A stretch of DNA of 31,481 nucleotides. Origin: Chitinivibrionales bacterium (GTDB lineage Bacteria; Fibrobacterota; Chitinivibrionia; Chitinivibrionales; WJKA01). The notes below the pieces were generated by a model that worked only from the letters and a program-made list of their open reading frames with translations, ran no database searches and was not told the origin of the DNA. The translations under genes were made by a program, and so were the position numbers. Positions 26,369 through 31,481 of this stretch are shown here, one piece after another (the stretch's first letter is position 1; the number at the start of each line of letters is the position of its first letter). The stretch spans positions 1 to 31,481 of the forward strand of contig JBBRUX010000044.1 of the NCBI GenBank assembly GCA_038247415.1. Reading direction: 5' to 3'.

Positions 26369-27070
26369 ATGATGTGTCATCGAGATTTTGTAAGAAAATT
26401 TTGTGTAGCGCTTATTGTTGCCAGTGTGTTTGTTCCATCGGTCTTCGCTGATCAAGGACTAACACTTATAAGCCCTTTGGGCGGACAAACGTTTTATGTT
26501 GGAGATTCAATTACTGTTTCATGGAAACTGGATCCGGGGATAAGTGTTACAGGCCCTTTGGTTTTTATTTCTCCAAATAATGGAAAAAAGAAAGCTTATT
26601 TGGCCAAATATGAAGGCGCAGTACCTGCAGATGGAATTTGTTCTCTTCGTATCAAAATCGACTCTACAGGAACCAATCCCTTGCTTTCTTCCACGGTCAC
26701 GTTTTCTATGATTTCCGATTCGTGCATTTGTATAGTCGCAGATTATAATGGAAATGGTTCGGATCAGAGTACTTCTATTTTTTCTATAAAACGAAAACCT
26801 CAGAGCGTAAAGAGATTTCTGTCGCCTATAGGTGGAAGTGCTTCCCTGATACTCATGAAGCCTCAAGCTCATGGAACAATGATGGTCACTTCTCTATTCC
26901 CTCAACAAACACAGTTTGCTTTGTTTGAAGCTTCAGGGAGAAAAATTTATTCTGGAATATTGGAATCACAAGAAACGTCCGCTATTACTATTCCTGTAAA
27001 TCAAAAGGTATTTGTAAAAGCCTTTGCGGGTGATAGAATGGAATCTTTTGTGATTGATGGAGTGAAGTGA
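26369..27070 (+). CDS. Secreted protein with an Ig-like domain and a T9SS-like C-terminal domain
   Basis: Signal peptide ending VFA; LISPLGGQTFYVGDSITVSW; C-terminal LFEASGRKI; GGAG at 26358-26361 before ATG 26369. Confidence 0.7.
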   Translation: MMCHRDFVRKFCVALIVASVFVPSVFADQGLTLISPLGGQTFYVGDSITVSWKLDPGISVTGPLVFISPNNGKKKAYLAKYEGAVPADGICSLRIKIDSTGTNPLLSSTVTFSMISDSCICIVADYNGNGSDQSTSIFSIKRKPQSVKRFLSPIGGSASLILMKPQAHGTMMVTSLFPQQTQFALFEASGRKIYSGILESQETSAITIPVNQKVFVKAFAGDRMESFVIDGVK

Positions 27071-27134
27071 TTGAAAAGTTTTGCTAAACTGCTTTTTTTG
27101 TGATCGACAACTATTTTTCTGAACGGTGGACCTC

Positions 27135-29726
27135 ATGATACTTAAAAAATTGCTATTACTATATAGTGTGATATTCTTAAGTGTTGACGTGGCGCAAGCA
27201 GCAACAAAGGCAGATTCGGTACTTGCTCTTACCGGCAACAAAAACACTCGTTTTGTCTGGGTGCGCTGGCCATGGGCCGATCAGAACTATAATCCTGTTT
27301 CTGCATACAGTCAAGTCAATCTGTACAACGATCACCCCTTCACCCAGATAGTTTCTTTTAACACCGAGACCAATACCACCCGGTATCTCGATTCGTCTAT
27401 TGGAAGTCACTGCTATCCGCGCTTCACTCGCAAGGACGGCAGCCAGGTCGTTTGGGCGGATGATGTTAACAAGTGTGCATGGATCAGTGATTTTGCCGGC
27501 ACCACGCCTAAGCGAAAACTGATTGCATCTGACGATTACAGTACTGCTGCATGCCAATATGATCCTGCTACCGGGAAAGAATATGTTTACGTAATTGGAT
27601 CAACCAAAAAAACATTATATCGTATAGAGTTTAATGCCAATTACACCCTAAATATTTCTACAAAGATATCGATTTATTCCGGTTCGGAAATACCGCAAGG
27701 CGCTTTGAGCGTCTCTGCGGATGGTAAATATATTGGGGGAGAGATGCCCTGGCCCAATACCGAAATTTTCGATGTGGAAAATAACCAGCATTTAGCGAGG
27801 CGCTGGCCTAGTGGAGCCTTTGGCTGCCAACCTAACCTTGCACCCGATAATTCCTACCGTTTCTTCCACTTGCATGATGACCATATGATAGTTAGCATGT
27901 GGGATTCGTCATTGTCAACAAAATATTGGGATGTACCCTTTAATTTGAATATGCCGGGTAATGTTACCGGTATGGACATTGCTGGGCCACGCTGGACCAA
28001 TAATGTTAGATTCCTAACTAATGGATATCCTCTGCAGGGTGGGTTCATGGATCAATACTCAAACTCGTTTTTTGGGATGAATTCGGCTCAAGTTAAAGCC
28101 AGTGATGCGTCAAAGGCTGGTTCATTCTGTTTTGGTAAATTCAGCCAAGATTACAGATCCATAGAGTCATACGTTAGAATTAGCGATGGCGATATTCGAC
28201 ACCGTGATGTTATTGGCGATGCCTGGGTGGCCAGCTCGGTTGACAATACGGCCCCGTCGGTTCCCGCAAATGTGGCCGGGACACCTAATTCGGAATCAAG
28301 GATTTCCCTTACTTGGACAGCATCAACTGATGCAGAAAGCGGGATTTTAGAGTATAATGTATTCCGCGGGGGGGTACGCATAGCCACAGTTGCTGGAGTA
28401 TCATTTGTAGATTCCAATTTGCCCGAAGCAACCACGTATCAGTATTCTGTAGCCGCTGTCAATGGCGCTTCAATGCCAAGTGGGCAAAGCGCTGCTAAAT
28501 CAGTTACGACACTTAACGACACACGCAAGCCTACCATTCGCTCTGCAACTGCTCTTGGTAAATCAAATCAGGTAATGATAATTTTTAGCGAGCCAGTTTC
28601 TAAAGCGTCGGCTGAATTGATAACCAACTATGCAGTTGGATCTAGTATGGTAATAGCATCGGCTCAGTTGCAGACTGATAATGCAACTGTCATCTTGACG
28701 TTAAGCACAGCCCTTATAAAAAATACGGCCTATAGCGTTACAATTAGTAATGTTGCCGATCGTGCTGCAACGCCAAACGTTATTGTGGCGAGTTCGGTTG
28801 CTACGTTTACTTTCTTTCCTTGTGGTGATGATTTTAATGCAAGTGCGCTAGCGGCTTCCACCTGGACAACGGTTAATACATATACGGGTAGTGTCAAGCA
28901 GGAAAGTGGACATTTGTATATTAAAGCAGACGGGCAAAGCCTGGTTGAAAATAATCAATTCTATGGTGTTAAGCGTACCGATTTTACGGGGGATTTTGAT
29001 GTATGGGTAAAAATTCTCAATTCCAATGTAGCCCCGTGCGCCACCCAACAAGGGATTATTGCTGCCAATAATCTTTCTACTCTTTCTGCAGGGGGAAATG
29101 TTACAGCCGGCATCGAATATTATAACGACCAAACGACTACGGCGCTGCCTACTGGGGCAGCTTATGTAATGAGATATAGCAAAACTGCAACAGGCGTTTT
29201 GGATAATAGAATGGAATTACATAGTAATGTTACTCTTCCCTGCTGGGTGCGCCTTGTTAAAAAAGGTTCAGTATATTCTTCATACGTAAGTATTTCGGGC
29301 CCTTCTAATTGGATGGAAATAGGAACAGTAACCGTTGCCGGCGCAACAACCCGATCTGATGTAGGACTCTTTAGTGCTTCACAAAGTGGGCAACCGTGGG
29401 GAAGCCATGCATGGTTTGATGAATTTGCATGCACCGTAGAAGGACAAGGGAACATTACTGCGAGTGCAAAAGAAAACAATGTTGTAACTATTTCGCAGCC
29501 TAGCATGAAGGTGTTCACTTCGCTTTCGTCAATCATTGTTCGTGCTGACGGTTTTAAAGTAAAAAGTCTTTCTTTGGTGTCGCCATCTGGAAGAATTATT
29601 GCTCAAGCAAAGTCAAGCGCTGGAAACCAAGGCGTCATATCTATTTCCAAAGCACCAAAAGGAATGTACGTTCTGATCGCAAAGACGGAAGCTGGAGATA
29701 TGAAGCAATCTATTATAATTCGGTAA
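27135..29726 (+). CDS. Secreted multidomain protein: uncharacterised propeller-like domain + FN3 + Ig-like (Big_5-like) + ConA-like beta-sandwich + T9SS-like C-terminal domain
   Basis: Signal peptide ending AQA; DNTAPSVPAN...LTWTASTD...YNVFR...YQYSVAAV (FN3); IIFSEPV...NY...YSVTISNVAD; GDFDVWVKI...PCWVRLVKKGSVY; SPSGRII...KGMYVL. Confidence 0.8.
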   Translation: MILKKLLLLYSVIFLSVDVAQAATKADSVLALTGNKNTRFVWVRWPWADQNYNPVSAYSQVNLYNDHPFTQIVSFNTETNTTRYLDSSIGSHCYPRFTRKDGSQVVWADDVNKCAWISDFAGTTPKRKLIASDDYSTAACQYDPATGKEYVYVIGSTKKTLYRIEFNANYTLNISTKISIYSGSEIPQGALSVSADGKYIGGEMPWPNTEIFDVENNQHLARRWPSGAFGCQPNLAPDNSYRFFHLHDDHMIVSMWDSSLSTKYWDVPFNLNMPGNVTGMDIAGPRWTNNVRFLTNGYPLQGGFMDQYSNSFFGMNSAQVKASDASKAGSFCFGKFSQDYRSIESYVRISDGDIRHRDVIGDAWVASSVDNTAPSVPANVAGTPNSESRISLTWTASTDAESGILEYNVFRGGVRIATVAGVSFVDSNLPEATTYQYSVAAVNGASMPSGQSAAKSVTTLNDTRKPTIRSATALGKSNQVMIIFSEPVSKASAELITNYAVGSSMVIASAQLQTDNATVILTLSTALIKNTAYSVTISNVADRAATPNVIVASSVATFTFFPCGDDFNASALAASTWTTVNTYTGSVKQESGHLYIKADGQSLVENNQFYGVKRTDFTGDFDVWVKILNSNVAPCATQQGIIAANNLSTLSAGGNVTAGIEYYNDQTTTALPTGAAYVMRYSKTATGVLDNRMELHSNVTLPCWVRLVKKGSVYSSYVSISGPSNWMEIGTVTVAGATTRSDVGLFSASQSGQPWGSHAWFDEFACTVEGQGNITASAKENNVVTISQPSMKVFTSLSSIIVRADGFKVKSLSLVSPSGRIIAQAKSSAGNQGVISISKAPKGMYVLIAKTEAGDMKQSIIIR

Positions 29727-29758
29727 GCATAATTAAACTTTTTTAGAATGGTCCCATC

Positions 29759-31192
29759 ATGAACAATTCAATCAAAAAATACTTGACAGCAGTTAGTGCT
29801 GCTGCAGGTATGGTTGTGATGTTGGGGGCGAGTGGAAACGTGAATGCCGCATTGAAAGACGATGTTCTTTCTATGACTGGCAATTGCAGAACTATCGCTG
29901 TCTGGGTGCGCTGGCCATGGTGTGATAGTAATTACACGCCCGTTAAAGCATACGATACCATGACGGCACTTGAAAACGAAAACTCTGCAACGCAACTTAT
30001 GGTTTTTGACACCTATGATGGCAAAACGCGCTATCTCGATTCAACCTTGGGTTGCCATGTAGTTCCAAGAATAAATAGGGCCGGAACTCACGCAGTTTGG
30101 ATAGATGAAAAAAATAAAACTTCATGGATTCGAGATCTTGCCGGCCTTACTTCTAAACGTAAACTTATAAGCGGTGGAAATTATTTTGTTGTAGGTTTTC
30201 AGTGGAATTCTACGACTAAAGCAGAAAACGTCCTCGTCGAATCGGCAGATGAGTTGACACTATATAGGGTTCCTTTTAAACCAGATTATACTGTGGATAC
30301 AACTCAGAAAGTTGTTATCTATAAAAACACAACTTTATTGATCCAGAATTCAAACCTTTTAGCAAAATTTGATAGATTTAAGCTGAGTGTTTCTGAAGAT
30401 ATTGCATATATCGGCTGCGCATTGCCGTGGCCATCGTGTATGATGATAAATACTTCCAAAAAAGCAATATTGTCAAGGAAAGCTGACGGCGCATTCGGTT
30501 GTGAACCAAATATTGCGCCAGATAATAGCTATCGTTTTTTTCATAACAGGGATGACCACACCAAATTGAGAATGTGGGATGCTAATCTGAGTGAAACGGC
30601 ATGGGATGTTGTTATGAATCTAAACGTACCTATTCCAGGTACAACTTTATCGAATTTTACAGATTGCGCTGCACCTCGTTGGACAAATAATAATCGTTAT
30701 TTTACCAACAGCATTCCTTTGCAGGGAGGGTATGAAATTAATTGGGGCACGTTTGATATTTTTAAAATGACCGCAGCGCAGGTCAAGGTAGACAACCCAT
30801 CAAAGGCGGGTTTTTTTCTGTTGGGAAAATTTAGTGCAGATTTTAAAACAGTCGAGAAATATGTGCGCATTAGTGATGGAGATATCCGACATCGAGATGT
30901 TAGTGGCGATGGTTGGGTCGATCCAGTTCCAACAAAGATTGGCTTTGTTGCTGCTACAAAGAACCCAAATCAATTGGTAAATATTACCTATAAGCCTGGT
31001 TCTATTTTAGTTGATAAAATGCAAAAGGGTTCGAGTGGAAGGCTCCTTTCTCCCAAAGGCGTTGTTGTTAAGCATTGGAGTGCAGTGTCGCGTATAGTTC
31101 TTGATACGAGAAATTTAAGCAAGGGTCTCTACGTGGTTTCTCTTGAATCAAATGGCACCCATGAATCTGTAGTTGTGCCGGTTTCACAATAA
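29759..31192 (+). CDS. Secreted paralog carrying only the uncharacterised domain and a T9SS-like C-terminal domain
   Basis: Shares VWVRWPW, TRYLDS, GAFGC.PN.APDNSYRFFH, PRWTNN and YVRISDGDIRHRDV with the upstream gene; C-terminal LSPKG...LSKGLYVV. Confidence 0.8.
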   Translation: MNNSIKKYLTAVSAAAGMVVMLGASGNVNAALKDDVLSMTGNCRTIAVWVRWPWCDSNYTPVKAYDTMTALENENSATQLMVFDTYDGKTRYLDSTLGCHVVPRINRAGTHAVWIDEKNKTSWIRDLAGLTSKRKLISGGNYFVVGFQWNSTTKAENVLVESADELTLYRVPFKPDYTVDTTQKVVIYKNTTLLIQNSNLLAKFDRFKLSVSEDIAYIGCALPWPSCMMINTSKKAILSRKADGAFGCEPNIAPDNSYRFFHNRDDHTKLRMWDANLSETAWDVVMNLNVPIPGTTLSNFTDCAAPRWTNNNRYFTNSIPLQGGYEINWGTFDIFKMTAAQVKVDNPSKAGFFLLGKFSADFKTVEKYVRISDGDIRHRDVSGDGWVDPVPTKIGFVAATKNPNQLVNITYKPGSILVDKMQKGSSGRLLSPKGVVVKHWSAVSRIVLDTRNLSKGLYVVSLESNGTHESVVVPVSQ

Positions 31193-31233
31193 AGAATAGT
31201 TTCTATGCAATACTAATTTCAAAAGGATACTGT

Positions 31234-31344
31234 ATGACAAACAAAACAAAAAAATACTTGACAGCAGTTAGTGCTGCTGCAGGTATGGTTGTGATGCTGG
31301 GGATGAGCGGGAATTTGAATGCGGCGCTCAAAGATGATGTCTGA
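31234..31344 (+). pseudogene. Truncated third paralog (signal peptide only)
   Basis: MTNKTKKYLTAVSAAAGMVVMLGMSGNLNAALKDDV*; 31249-31296 is identical to 29774-29821 (48 bp). Confidence 0.8.
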
Positions 31345-31481
31345 GGTGGTAGACTTTTTTTGACAATTTTATTTATCATTTTTAAGTGGTCTTTGTTGTT
31401 TAAAGTTTTGCATTAAAATCTTTCAGTGCATTACCGGGGGTCAGTGCTCGAACCCGCCGTTCATCTCATAGTCAACTATGC
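31342..31481. mobile_element. Possible terminal inverted repeat of an IS3-family element
   Basis: Homology to the paralog stops exactly where TGAGGTGGTAGACTTTTTTTGACA begins. This resembles IS3-family TG-starting ends. The other end and a transposase are not visible. Confidence 0.4.

Noticed and set aside
27135..31344. Diversity-generating retroelement or CRISPR array suggested by repeated segments
   Set aside because: The repeats are coding paralogy. There is no reverse transcriptase, no adenine-specific mismatch pattern and no regular repeat-spacer periodicity in the window.

Overview
Bacterial chromosome window. T9SS-type C-terminal domains on the secreted proteins suggest an FCB-group organism, possibly Fibrobacterota/Chitinivibrionia; this is inference only. 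It has five blocks. (1) 1-7863 is an accessory island of toxin-antitoxin and ATPase genes, many decayed: a partial AAA/PD-(D/E)XK gene, abiEi plus a truncated abiEii fused to an ATPase relic, an intact nucleotidyltransferase (NTase) with a small acidic partner, two AAA_14/DUF4143 ATPases, mazE plus a dead mazF, and a second, broken NTase with a small partner. (2) 8079-14742 (minus) is the housekeeping operon ribD-ribE-ribBA-ribH-nusB, coupled to a DUF2723/TPR membrane protein. (3) 14833-18896 holds a membrane protein with an ECF-sigma-like N-terminus, then a putative outer-membrane protein and amtB, each with its own sigma54-type promoter and a matching pair of upstream palindromes, then a hemerythrin. 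(4) 18893-25842 holds two divergent gene pairs that each end in a beta-helix protein, a TrmH methyltransferase and a GH141-like beta-helix enzyme. (5) 26369-31344 is a tandem cluster of secreted proteins; two share an uncharacterised N-terminal domain and a third copy is cut off at a probable IS end. Family assignments come from motif recognition, not database searches.
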